DNA of 62,105 nucleotides, the filler included, from Ionaspis alba (Eukaryota), in assembly GCA_964255285.1 (NCBI GenBank). It is 13 parts of 13 records of this genome, joined end to end, with 100 filler letters (N's around TTAATTAATTAA, not from the genome) between each part and the next. Parts side by side here need not be neighbours in the genome. Positions count along the whole stretch, not along the records: positions 48,009 to 52,655 come from CAXUUL010001081.1; positions 52,756 to 57,388 come from CAXUUL010001082.1; positions 57,489 to 62,105 come from CAXUUL010001083.1; 10 more parts are not named here. One strand, written 5' to 3'. The notes beneath the pieces are model-generated. The model was not told where the DNA came from. It worked only from the letters and a program-made list of their open reading frames with translations, and did no database searches. Both the position numbers and the translations under genes were made by a program. Numbering within the stretch: position 1 is the stretch's first letter; every line of letters begins with the position of its first letter. Positions 50,667 to 62,105 of the stretch are shown in pieces.

Positions 50667-52655
50667 ATGGCAACTGGGACAAATTGGAAACGACCTTGGG
50701 AAGAGGAAAGTGAGAGTGGCCAAGAGTATTCCAGTCATACAAACCGGGTTGGAGAACAATCGTCGAAGCCTGCCGTACGAACCGCGCCTTCAGATCAAGA
50801 TCGCGGTCAGCCAGCCACGAGCCCAAGAGAATTGCGGTTCGTCCCACCGAGCAATGGAACCACCATATTCTCTCCGAGCCCTTCTCGGCGCATCGACTTC
50901 CTCCCCAAGGACACTTCGGGACCTCAGAGTCCTACTCGATCCCGATATCCGTTGTCCCCTCCCAACAAACGGCCACGACTAGATTGTTCGAAGCCGCAAA
51001 ACATTTATTGTCCTAGGCGTCGTGCATCAGAGAGTATAACAGACATCTTTGGTACACAAGGGACAGGTATGATCACACCCTAGGGTATGCTTGGCCACAT
51101 CAGCTTACTTTCTTGTCAAGGTCTCGGCGATGCGCCTCGAGATGCCACTCGACAAAGCGAGATGGGCTCATTTTCTAGCGACACTTCATCCAGAGACGAG
51201 AAAGAAAAACTAGATCCACGTCCTGGTCTCGAGCCGACAGATGGTCGTGAGAGTTCTGAAACGAATACGACACCACCAAAGACGCAATGCGAGACCTGCA
51301 TGGCTGCGCGGGGTATCGTACAAAGAGTTGTCAAAGGCGTCGACAGATTACACGAGCAGCTAGTCTCGGTGCTGACAAGTGACTTGGTTGAGCACAAAAG
51401 ATCTCTGGTATTATACGTCCATCTACCCGCCCTTGCTTGCTGACTATGCTGATTACTATCACGACTAGGCTATCGAATCCCCGCCAGAGGAGACATTGAG
51501 TTCTGTACCCCAGCGCGGTCTCATACCAATGCTTAAATGGGGTCTCGACAAGCTCGAAAACACCGTTCTGATTGCGCAAGATATCATCCTCTCTCGTGTT
51601 CATATTTCTCAGACAAATAGAAAGGGCATAGAAGCCACCGACAGCGCACTCGACACTGCTAAATTTGCTGATAAAGCCAAAGGGAAATGGGAGCTCGAAG
51701 GTCGTCGCGGTAGTCAGATGTTCCGATGCTCCTCGCCTCCAAGGGACGAAACCCACCGTTCATCAGACGTCTCCGGTTGCCCTTCATTCCCCACCGAAGA
51801 TCAAAGAAGAGGCTTCACGAGGGACATGCACACGTCTCAGTTGCCTTTTTCACATCATGCGATGTACACGCCATCAGGACCAATGCTGAATCAACCGCAT
51901 TCTCCAATGCAGGCCCCGCCTCCGAACCGTCTCCTTCCCTCGCCATCATCGATGAACTTTTCCTCCTCATCCCAAATACTACCCCCAATGTCCCCGTCAT
52001 TACTTGGCTCAAAGTCTCCGCATACCGCACACCTTCAAGAACTACAACACCAGCTAAGCACGAAGTCACTGGCCCACCAAATACTCCAAGGCGAGCACGA
52101 CAAACTCTTGGCAGCGTTTTCTCGCTCCCAGACACGTTGCGCAACACTTGACAGGAAGTCCCAAGTCTCCGACACAGAGATAAACAACCTGACAGAGGAT
52201 CGCCTGAGACTGCAAGCCCAAGTTGACGCATACGAGCTACAGATCGAAGAATTACAGCAGAGCAGAGACGAAGCCCACAAGCAATCGGTCGCCAGTGGCG
52301 GACAGTACCTGCAAATAATGTCCATGTCTTCCAAACTCCAAGTACAGGCCGAGGCCGACCTCAAGAAATGGAAAGCAGATCGTCAGGCATGGCAGCAGGA
52401 GAAGAGCGAATTACTGTCCAAGATCAAAATTCTCGAACAGCGAACTGAGCGACCCTCGTCGAGCGAGACTCGTGCTGATGCGTCAGGAAGTTGTACCATA
52501 GCATGCCAATCTGGTGCCGCCATATCCTCGCCTAAGCGTGGGGAAGACACCTCGGGAGACGTCCTAACGTCTAACTCGGTCGAGGAACTCCGAGCCGAGA
52601 TTGTCAACCTACGGCGCAGACGTACAGACACTGAAGCACTATTACGGGCGTGGCG
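50667..52655 (+). CDS. Hypothetical multi-exon protein with a C-terminal coiled coil; 3' end cut
   Basis: MATGTNWKRPWEEE. Introns at about 51068-51120 and 51409-51469. Heptad-rich HLQELQHQLSTKSLAHQILQGEHDKLL...LQAQVDAYELQIEELQQSRDEA. Confidence 0.7.
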
Positions 52656-52755
52656 NNNNNNNNNNNNNNNNNNNNNNNNNNNNNNNNNNNNNNNNNNNNT
52701 TAATTAATTAANNNNNNNNNNNNNNNNNNNNNNNNNNNNNNNNNNNNNNNNNNNN

Positions 52756-54390
52756 GAGGCGGAGGTGGCGGGGAGGTAGGGCGCGAAGATGGAAGCGCAG
52801 AGGAGAATCAGGTTGATGGCGATGCCGGTTACCGCGGCTGCTTTTTCGGGCTCGTTGGCGCAAAGTTTGTTGTCGAAACCGTTGGTTTGCAGGAAGTTGT
52901 TCCCCGCTTGCGCGATTTGCATAGCAGATGCCAGGCCAGCGCGAAGGTTGACGTTTTCGAGTTCGGTAAGATATTGGGTAAGGAAGGAGTTGATTTCTTT
53001 TTTGGCGGCGTCGAAAGTGGGAGAAGAGTGCTGGGTAGTGTAGTCTGGGATGATAGAATTGTAAATCTTGCTGTTGACGAGCTTGATGACGCGGTTGACA
53101 AAGTTTCCTAGCTTGGCTAGAAGTTCGCTGTTATTATGCTCGATGAAATACTTCCATTCAAATTGTGTATCGCCGTTTTCTGGCCGATTCTTGAGAAGGT
53201 AGTATCGCCAGACATCAGCTGGAACACCCGTATCTCTTGCGTTGTTGCCAAAAACACCAACGCCACGTGATTTGGAGAACTTGCCGTTTTCGTAATTGAG
53301 GTACTCGGTGGTTGAGAGATGGTGAAGCTTGGTCCAAGGATCGCCTGTTCCCATCTGACAGCCAGGAAAGATGACTGTGTGATATGGAACGTTGTCCTTG
53401 CCCATGAACTGGTACAGCTGAACGTTCTCGGGATCCCGCCACCACTTCTCCCAGTCTTCCGTATAGCTTGCAGTAATTGAAACATATCCAATGCACGCGT
53501 CGAACCAGACGTAGAAAACCTTATCCTTAAACACCCCCTTATCCTCTTCGTTGTCAAAAACGTCCAAAGGGACGGGAACACCCCATTTCATGTCCCTTGT
53601 GATACCTCTATCCCGCAGCCCAGCCTTCAGCCACCCTTCTGTAATGATCCTCCCGTTTCTTGACCATTGCCCTTCCTCACTCGACTTTTTGACCCACTGT
53701 TCGATTCTTGGCTGCAGCTTGTCTAGTAGCAGATGTATGTGTATCGTATCCCTAGCCACAGGCGCGATGTCTGGGTCAATCTTGCATCTTGCGTTCTTGA
53801 GATCTAAGGCTTCATAGTCCACGGACCCGCACTTATCACACTGATCACCTCTCGCGTCTTCGTAGCCACATTTCGGACATGTGCCCTCGATAAATCTATC
53901 TGCTAGGAAGGCCTCATGTTTTTCACAATAGGGTTGCCGCGACGTCCGCTGTGTAGTCCACCCATTCGCATAGAGCTTCCGGAAGATACCTTGCGTGATC
54001 TCCTCCTGTTGCGGTGTAGATGTACGTCCGAATATGTCGAAGCCAATCTCGAACCACTCATAGATGTCGGCATGTATCTTATAGTATTTATCACAAAGTT
54101 CTTTAGGAGTGACTTTTTCTTCCAAAGCTTTAGTTTCGGTGGTAGTTCCGTATTCGTCAGTTCCACAGATGTAGAGAGTAGGGCGATTTCGTGCTTTATT
54201 ATATCTTCATGAGTCAGTAGAAAATCCACGTCGAAGACAAGTGTCTAAGGCCAAACCTCGAGAAGACGTCTGCACTGAGAACGCTCCCCACTATGTTGCC
54301 AAGGTGGGGTACGTTGTTGACATATGGCAGAGCACTGGTGATCAAGATATTTCGCTCTCCTTTCTGAGGAAGAATCTTTTGCGACCCCAT
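52756..54390 (-). CDS. MES1: Cytosolic methionyl-tRNA synthetase; 3' end cut
   Basis: [39 protein letters not shown]...[10 protein letters not shown]...[11 protein letters not shown]...[11 protein letters not shown]...[12 protein letters not shown]. Confidence 0.98.
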
Positions 54391-54465
54391 GTTGTCTATC
54401 TATCATATGATCGGCGCCGTTTGTGAAGCTTTAATCTGAAAAGCTGGGGAGGAATACAACACGCG

Positions 54466-54501
54466 TGAGTCAGAGGACCAATCAGGTTCGCGTATGAGTC
54501 A
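54466..54501. promoter_or_regulatory. Two Gcn4/CpcA response elements (TGACTCA) in the MetRS promoter
   Basis: TGAGTCA at 54466-54472 and 54495-54501, 76-111 nt upstream of the ATG, with CCAAT between them. Confidence 0.6.
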
Positions 54502-54908
54502 AGATTGAGAAATTGTGAAGCACGCAATATGTTCTCTGTTGAACTACGTATTTCTATGCTGAGTGATGAGATGAAGCATTGCTGCTCCGAGGTTCTCTGC
54601 TGAGTAGAAAGTATTTCTCCTATTGAGGTTATACAGTTGGACTTATGAGCTCGTAAGAGACCAGCCTGAGTATATTTCAATAAATGCGATCCACAGAGTC
54701 AATCTTCGAGGACGATACATATAAATGGTAGTCCCGGGGGATTGTGGCTGTATGCATAGGCTTTGCCTGGCTTACGAGGACCTGAATCTAAGGAACTATA
54801 GGATTCAATAAATTCAAGTCCTGATTGAAAGAACGAGAAATCTGTGTAACTGGCTAGATCTTTGAAGTGCTGCATGAGTATCCTCTCGAAAAAGTACTAC
54901 AATTGAAC

Positions 54909-54927
54909 CATCATCATCATCATCATC
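54909..54927. repeat. (CAT)6 microsatellite
   Basis: catcatcatcatcatcat just past the lactonase stop codon. Confidence 0.7.
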
Positions 54928-55017
54928 GTTTAGTAGAAAGTCCTCGTTGCAACAATTTGTTCACTGATGCTAGTTGGAAACACTCCCACTCAGCATGACC
55001 GAGCGGGATCCAATTAC

Positions 55018-56312
55018 TCATTTACTCAGGTCCTGCCCTTCCAGGTCCCATTCAACCTTGCTAATTCCACCGTTTCCCACCATCCAAAGCGTCTTCAGAT
55101 GTTTTCCGGTCCACGCAAAGTTCTGTACAGTGTAGTTTGTCTGCACTCTCACTAACAACGTTCCCGTATGATCCAAGACATCAACCCCATTACCAGCTCC
55201 CGTCACGATATACCCATTCTTCGCGACCTTTAAACCGTCCGGAATCGAAGACATGGCTAGATATATGGGCCGTTTATTGACGATAGCCGTTGCATCGGCA
55301 GTGACATCGAAGGCGTAGACAATTCGTTTCCCGGTAACATTGAAAGAAGCCCCTTGCGAGCCAAGTGAAGCAGCGATAGTCCCGCTAATAGCACCAGTGT
55401 CGGATATGTATATGTGCTTGAGGTCCGGAGAGATGGCTATGCCATTAGGCTGGGCAATCGTGTCTTCCACGATATTGACGGCACCAGTGCTCGGGCGGAA
55501 CCTGTAAGTTGCAGTGGCGAGCTGAGGAGCAGTATCTGTCAATGCATTGAACCAGGAATAGTCTTCAGGAATTCAGCTAGCAGTCAATGATAGGAGAGCG
55601 CAAAAGACTGCCACAGACCTGGATCTGTGAACCAGATATCTCCATTCGGATGGACGAAGAGGTCATCAATAGTGTTATAGTAATAGCCATAGTAGTTGTT
55701 CAGTAAGGTGTTCACTTTGTTCGTTTTGGGATCCAGAGTCTGAACGGAAACTCTATGCTCAAGCCCACCGATACTATTATTACCTCCCGATGCACCCCAA
55801 TATACCAAGCCTTTGTGAAAAGTCCCACCATTTGGGGCGTATACTGGAGGATCTGACAGATATTCGGAAAGTGTAGGCGGGTTCTTGTTGAGATCGACGA
55901 CCAGCTGAGGCAAAAATCCTGGTGGCGGAGCAAGCTGCGACAAATAGAGCTTGTTCTGAAAGGGTACATAGACTGGGGCCTCGTGCACGGCCTCCGAGAC
56001 GTTGAAGACGAATTGATAGATAGGTTTCGGGCCCAGCAGCTTCAAGCCACGCTTTCTGTCAAAGACAAGGAAATCCGATCTCTGGACCTGGGCAAAAGAT
56101 GTGTCATTTGGGACAGACGTAGAGCCGAATTCACGCGGCTGCGGGTCCTCTGAGACACGAAAGAAATGCTGTGGCATCACCGATGCATACCCGTTGACAC
56201 ATAGCACGGATGGGAGAGACGCCTTGCATTGCTCCACGAGAGGCTTGATCACCCCAGACTGACCCCCTACATTTCCAAGAGTGGCGATGAGTACGAAAAA
56301 GCTGAAGTACAT
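55018..56312 (-). CDS. Secreted SMP-30/gluconolactonase-family (six-bladed beta-propeller) lactonase
   Basis: Signal peptide MYFSFFVLIATLG. HEAPVYVP...PNGG...LLNNYYG..YNTIDD...GDIWFTDP|...QPNGIAISPD..IYISDTG...IPDGLKV. One intron. Confidence 0.9.
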
Positions 56313-56827
56313 CGTGAATTCTTCTCGCACTTCCAAGCCAAAGCTCTATAGAGGGCCGTTGGAGCAAAGGCCATCCACTGCAGGAAACCGCGTAGCTTTT
56401 TGTTGCAAGCCATTATAGCTTTCATTTCGTCCGATTCCTCAATTGCGGAGAAAGTTCTTCTCGTGCGGGGCATAGCAAGCATTAGCTAAGCCTGCATATG
56501 TGCCAGGAACACAATTGTGAGTGTCAAAGATTGTCGAACTGCCCGCTCGCCCAGAAATGACGCTCGAATAACGCGTTGTGAAGCCGAATGTGGGGTAGCC
56601 GTTGATCGGCACGCCGGCCCTGCATGCCAAATCTTAAGCTTCGATGCTCAATTTAGCCGAGCTAGGGCTAAGGACCATGAGTGAAAGGTAGCACTGGATT
56701 GCAAAGATAGCCAGAAAGAACGGGAAAGGCCGCTGTCCAGAACGCAGTAAACTTAGCTGTTCAGACCGTCTTCTGTGCAAGGTTGTAACCAGAAAATCGA
56801 AGAATTGTGGGGTGCGTAACACGGCTT

Positions 56828-57388
56828 TCAATGTCTGGCGTGTAGGATGTCGATGTCTTCAATGTTTCCACCCTGTTCAGTACTGGGCTCTTGTCGCTGA
56901 GGCCCACCTGATACTAACTCAGCTGCAACATCTCCAAAGGTAGTATCATCGTCTTCTCCGATCAGCTTCTCAATGACTTTTGCCTTTCCAGATGCCCTCT
57001 TTAATCGGTCGTCAAAGTTCGAGACTGAATCCTCATTATTTTGTGTCGAGATACTTTCCAGCTCTACCAGAGCATGAAACGTCCGGACATGCTTCTCCAT
57101 CCGTGCGTGCGTGGGCAAGGAAGGTAAAGAATGGTAGGGAAGCGTACGATGCACCGACTCGCGTGGTCCGGTGGAATCTGTGTTCTCCAAAGCTTGTCCG
57201 TTTCTTGCTGATGCTGAAACTGTGCCTTGTATAGAAGTTGTATGAGACTCCGCAGTAGTCGGAAGCCTGCTTGCCCACACTATCGATCGTCCATGAAGCT
57301 TTCCCATCGTGACAAACTTCTCAAAGCCCTTTTCAAGTCCGAACAATCTCCCCTCCGCAAGGCCAGCTTGAGTTCCATCTGCAGAGCC
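56828..57388 (-). CDS. LTO1: Lto1/ORAOV1-like (Yae1_N/DUF1715) protein; 5' end cut
   Basis: The frame from the spacer reads GSADGTQAGLAEGRLFGLEKGFEKF..GKL.GR (GX3 repeat) ...EKHVRTFHALVE...NNEDSV.NFDDRLKRA.GKAKVIE. Confidence 0.72.
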   Translation of the reverse strand, partial: GSADGTQAGLAEGRLFGLEKGFEKFVTMGKLHGRSIVWASRLPTTAESHTTSIQGTVSASARNGQALENTDSTGPRESVHRTLPYHSLPSLPTHARMEKHVRTFHALVELESISTQNNEDSVSNFDDRLKRASGKAKVIEKLIGEDDDTTFGDVAAELVSGGPQRQEPSTEQGGNIEDIDILHARH

Positions 57389-57488
57389 NNNNNNNNNNNN
57401 NNNNNNNNNNNNNNNNNNNNNNNNNNNNNNNNTTAATTAATTAANNNNNNNNNNNNNNNNNNNNNNNNNNNNNNNNNNNNNNNNNNNN

Positions 57489-57859
57489 GTTCGCGGTAGA
57501 GGAGGAGGGGGAGGAGTCGGAGGCCGAGGGGATAGCCTTGTTCGTTGAGACTAAGGTCGGAAGCGTCAGATATGTATTCGCGAAGGTAGAATGGGTAGGG
57601 AGGGAAAGTGGCCGTAGATTCGATGCACTTACCGCCGTTCGAGATCTTGGATCCCGGTCACGCGTTTTTGGGCATAGGTCACCATTTCGCTGAAGAGGTA
57701 GGCGAAGCTGGCACGGCTGAGCTCGCTGGTGCGGGTCCGGTTGAGATTCCGGTCGTAGATTGTTTTGCGATTGGAGGGAGTCCTGAGACCGGGGGAAGGG
57801 TTTGCGCGTTGGAAAGGCCCTACTGGAGGGCCTTTGTAGTTCTGCGGGGTATTCATCAT
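57489..57859 (-). CDS. TRS31: TRAPP complex subunit Trs31 (TRAPPC5); 5' fragment
   Basis: SNRKTIYDRNLNR...ELSRASFAYLFSEMVTYAQKRVTGIQDLERR|LNEQGYPLGLRLL.LLLYRE. Confidence 0.93.
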
Positions 57860-58067
57860 GAAATTGAAATTGAGTGAGGCATGAGAGTTTGTGGAAAAGA
57901 CTGGTGCGCTGATACGCTTGGAGTGAGGGAATGTAGATGGTAGCTTGGATATCAAAATGTCAACCCTAAGTGAAGCGAGAAATGTTTCTTATCATGTAAA
58001 GCATGTGAATCACAATCCACGGATTCTGTGGCGAGAACTATTGAGCATCTAATAGAGTTCAAATCTA

Positions 58068-59897
58068 CTATTTCGAGCTTTCCTCCTTCTGCCATTCCTT
58101 GAAGCTCTTCTGCCTCTGCCTGGAATTCCAATTCAACGTCCTCGATATGCTATTGACCCAATCCTCGCTTCTCCTTCCCTGAGACATAACATTGGCGAAG
58201 GGGTATCTCGAAGCCGAAATGGTAACATAGTCACCAGGATGAAGTTCCACCCTGTGCTGGGTTAGCGGTACTCCGTTTCACAAAGGAATAGAATGCCACC
58301 TACCTTTCTCGCCCATCGAAACTCGCCCACGACGAAGTCCTCGCATCGTAAGGTACACCAACCCGAAGCACAATGGTGTCTGGTAGAATTATAGGTCTGA
58401 AGGATAAAGTGTGGGCACAAATGGCTGTGACAAGGATCACAGGATTCTCAGGGTGACAAAGCGATCCACCTGCGGCCAGGTTGTACGCCGTGGAGCCGGT
58501 TGGTGTAGCGACACAAACACCATCTGCTTGTACGGTGGTAAAGTGCTCGTCGTCTCCGAAGATTTCAATGGCAGACATTGCTATCGAATAATCAATTTTG
58601 GCCTGAGACTCAATACCTAACAGACTTACTCGGATTAGGGCCTCGATCTACCACAATGTCGTTCAAGATAATATATGATCCATCTGGTCTGTGTGTATAC
58701 TTGTTATCCATTTCCTCGCCTATGAGCTCTTCTACCAGATCTTTCGTGCGAGACTGCTGCCCTCCGCTCTGCGACCTCATCACAGTCCCCTCAAAACGCA
58801 AACGTAAACTCACTGTGATACCATCACGAAAGAAGCTCGTCAGAGTATCCGGAAATCCATCGTAATCGAACTTAGTCAAAAAGCCTAGAGATCCTAAGGA
58901 GAATGAGAGGACAGGCGGAACGACTCGTTGGAACAGCCAGCTGGCATACAGCACCGTCCCATCACCACCAAGCTACTTCCCTTTTAGCACATAGAGGCAT
59001 GGTCGAGAACACAAGACCTACAGTGACTACAAAGTCAAATGTATGAGGGTGTTTTGCACACAAATCATTGGTCCAGTACTTCAGACGACCCTCTGTTGAC
59101 TTGTCCTCTGCCAACAGACCTTTGGCGTCGAACCTATGATTGTTCTCGAGGGTCTTCTCTACGTAGCTGCACCGTATCAGCAATCTGAAGCTCCTATATC
59201 TGTAAAAGTGTACATACACGATATATTTCGTCTCCCTCTCCTTCGACAACAACCACTCCGTAACGCCCCTCGTATACCCGATCAAATCCTCATCATGTGC
59301 CTTCGTCAGCAAAAACACCGTCCGAACCTTCAATTTCAGCCTGATAGCCGCCAACTTCTTGGAGAGCTCCCTAACCCCCCATGCCATATCCGACAACTGC
59401 TTTTTTGTGAGCAGCCTCGAGTGAACGATAGAATCATGATTATCCGCCTTCTCCCCCTCCTTCTCATTTTCCATAATGCCATCGAGGCCATTCGGGACGC
59501 CCTTAGCCTTGGTGGCTTTGTCCCTCTCGAGCAATTGGTGCACGAAGCATGCCGTCTTCTTGCGGCCCTCGATCTTCTGTTGCACGAGCCTGGGTGCATC
59601 GGCCGAGACGAGGGAGGACTTGCGGCGGTGCAGGTTCTCGGCGTCGAAGACTACCTACTTGTACGACTCAACGGGTATGACTCGCGACAGCAGGTTGGTG
59701 GAAAGAAGCGCACCTCCAGGGCATGTTGGTATTCGGACTCGCTGTTGCTGGACTCGCCCGGTACATCCTAGAAATTGTCAGGAGGGGGTTGTGTTGGAGT
59801 CGCCTAGGCTCAAACGCACCTCTTCTCGTGCAGGATTGAAATCCGTGGAAGGAGATTTTGGGGCGTCAGCATGTGGCTGCGGGTCCTGTTCTGGCAT
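58068..59897 (-). CDS. UTR1: ATP-NAD kinase (Utr1/Yef1-like); multi-exon
   Basis: [38 protein letters not shown]...[10 protein letters not shown]...[26 protein letters not shown]...[11 protein letters not shown]...L.WNSRQRQK. Start inferred via two short 5' exons. Confidence 0.93.
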
Positions 59898-62105
59898 GTC
59901 AAAGTAGGGGTAGGTCTAGCGAAGGGTGTTTTGTGGCATGCAGTGCAGGATCGGAGGGTTGTCTGGAAAAGGCAGTTTTAGATCAGAACTGAGAAATTGA
60001 TGATGTCCATTCAGTCGGCTACTGGGGACTATGGAGACAATCGGTCGGGGATGACTGTACGTCGCGTTGTCAGGATTTTATGACGAGGGGTTCAAAGCGA
60101 AAGTGGGATGATTTCAATTTCCGGATGCACGAGCTCATCCCCTCCAACCACAAGTACCCTGACATATGTTCGATCATGCAATTCTCTACCTTTGTGGCGT
60201 TGGCTGGCACGACACCTACTATAGAGGCGAAGAGAGACACGGTAGAAGGACGGACATCATCGCCTGGGCAAGTCGCGACGAGGGATTGGCCAATATACGG
60301 TGCGCACTGCATGCTGCAAGTATCTACTTTCGGAGCAGATTCCGAGCTCATAGTTGCGGATATCCGCTCATCTGCTAACAAAATAAAGGGTCTGTATGAA
60401 CATCTTTTTCGGTCGGCAGGGCGGTCTGACCGTTACGCACGCTGCGGCCTCGACACCCGACCTCGACAGAGATATCCAAGGCTTGCCTTCCTCGGGTTGT
60501 GTCCAATTCCCTGTGATTGTCCATAAGAGACACCGCTCGCTTTTCTTCTGTGATCTTTAATTTATATCGTGCATGGTCCTGCCAATCCTGCAGGGTCCTC
60601 GCCACTTCGTTGCCATTCCTTCGAAGACCCAAAGAAAGCAGATGCGCACACACGCGATGAGAAATCCGGAAAGTTCCTTGAGTACATTGAGAACCAAATG
60701 ACGTGGATAAAAATGCACCTGTGATTACTGGACCTTCACAAGCAGTGGATGGTGGACGCCAGTGATGGCATGCGCAGCTTGGGTACCCGGATTTTCTTCC
60801 TTTAAAGGAGTGCTGATGGTCCTTCGCCTTCGGACTGCCTCTGCGAAAACGGACAGTTCTTGGTTGCCGTGCTTCGCATGATGCAGAGATTCAAGGAAAA
60901 CTTTGTTTTTTTATGACAAAGCTAATGCCTGATGCTGCTTCTTGGAACCCAAAACTCTTTGGTGACCATCGAGAGCCTCTAGAACAGACGATTATCCACA
61001 TCGAGATCCGCGCAATGGAGAACCTGAGGGTAGCTAATAGGACAAGATTAATTATTGTTCATGAAACTATAGGAGGCCTGGTCCGGATCGCATGGCATCG
61101 AGCCTGCCGAGAGTGAGAGGCCACCGGTGGGAAAACAAAGATCCGTCACAATAGACTGCATTGCGTGATTCGAGGAGGTAAACCATCTCTGAGCGATCTA
61201 AGAATCACGATGAGATCGCTAAGTAGATGCAGGGTAGATATTGGTTCAGAAGAAGTGTGAATGGAACCATACAGCATGACACTGTAGCTGTACTTATCAT
61301 GCAGTCCACAGCAATTAAGCATGAGCAGCCTGCTCATAGCCGGGCCATGGCAGCATAGATGGATGACTTAAGCTCAGAAAGAAGTTTCTCTGCACAGCAG
61401 GAGCCATTGACTTGTGCCGGTATTCCCAGGTCTATCATGAAAGGATCACACGACTCTTGAGAAGTCTGAATGATAGCAAAGCTTTTCAGAGGTTGAATGA
61501 ATGACGGTTCGAAGGTGACGGGTAGTGAAACGGAATTGAAGCTGATCCACGAGTCACATGATATTCAAGCGCTGTGGATGTCTGGTAACACTGCAGCTGT
61601 TATGACCACGGCCATATGCAGCAAATATGAGCTGATTAGGGAGAAGTGCTGGCATTGCAACCATATGGCGAAAGTCAATATCAGCTTATAAAATGATGCC
61701 AGACAAGGTATCATGTGACCATTCCACCTCAGCCCGATCGCCTCTCCCCATTGCGTCACTGACGTACCCTCCAGTAATATGCGCGACCACTGTCTCCGTT
61801 AGTGGTGGATTCCGTCCTAAGGCACCCAAAAGTCCTTGCATGGTTCGAAAGGGTTGCACGAGGCGAAGACCAATTGCCTGTCTGTCCGCGGCACGTTTCA
61901 ACCGACCACCGCCGCAATCTGTATGTGAAGCTGACAGGCTTGGCCGATGCATCGGAAGTATTTCATAGACTAAGCGGTAGGATGGTGCAGTAGCAAGCAG
62001 GAGAGAGTCGCATACGCATAGTCAGGCAGTCACCAGAGCAAGCGAGCGAGACCGAACGGAGAGGTTAGGGTCAGCCAAGTAGCCCGCTCGGCCTAGAACC
62101 GCCCG

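Noticed and set aside
4822..57444. Regularly spaced TTAATTAATTAA repeats (about every 4.8 kb) as a CRISPR-like or biological periodic element
   Set aside because: Always embedded in exactly 44+44 Ns, and spacing falls monotonically. It is an assembly linker.
1..62105. tRNA, rRNA, transposase, retroelement or secondary-metabolite genes
   Set aside because: None recognised by eye. A covariance-model scan (tRNAscan-SE/Infernal) would be needed to exclude small RNAs.

Overview
Gene-dense, intron-containing DNA from a filamentous ascomycete (Pezizomycotina; protein styles suggest Eurotiomycetes, not resolvable further here). The window is NOT one locus. It is 13 assembly pieces of 4.78-4.62 kb, sorted by decreasing length and joined by an artificial 100-nt spacer (44N-TTAATTAATTAA-44N), so adjacency across spacers means nothing and many genes are cut. 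Most content is housekeeping: ARMH3/DUF1741, ISA1, Dabb, DSC3, Pol lambda, ATP10, GOS1, RPL35, POA1, TOA2, TMEM42-like, EXO84, RQC1/TCF25, RTT106, TUP1, LDB19-like arrestin, DIS3, VMA13, MetRS, LTO1, TRS31, NAD kinase, two transporters and a lactonase. The most unusual piece (38490-43153) carries a HET-domain gene broken by a single in-frame TAA, a ~180-nt fold-back element just downstream of it, and a decayed MFS drug transporter. Also notable: an orphan Cys-rich/RG-tailed protein, an exact CBC:HapX-type motif upstream of ISA1, three TGACTCA sites at MetRS, a GC-AG intron in GOS1 and an AUG-free ~660-nt leader before TUP1. I found no convincing new multi-gene system. All product calls come from recalled family motifs, not database searches.
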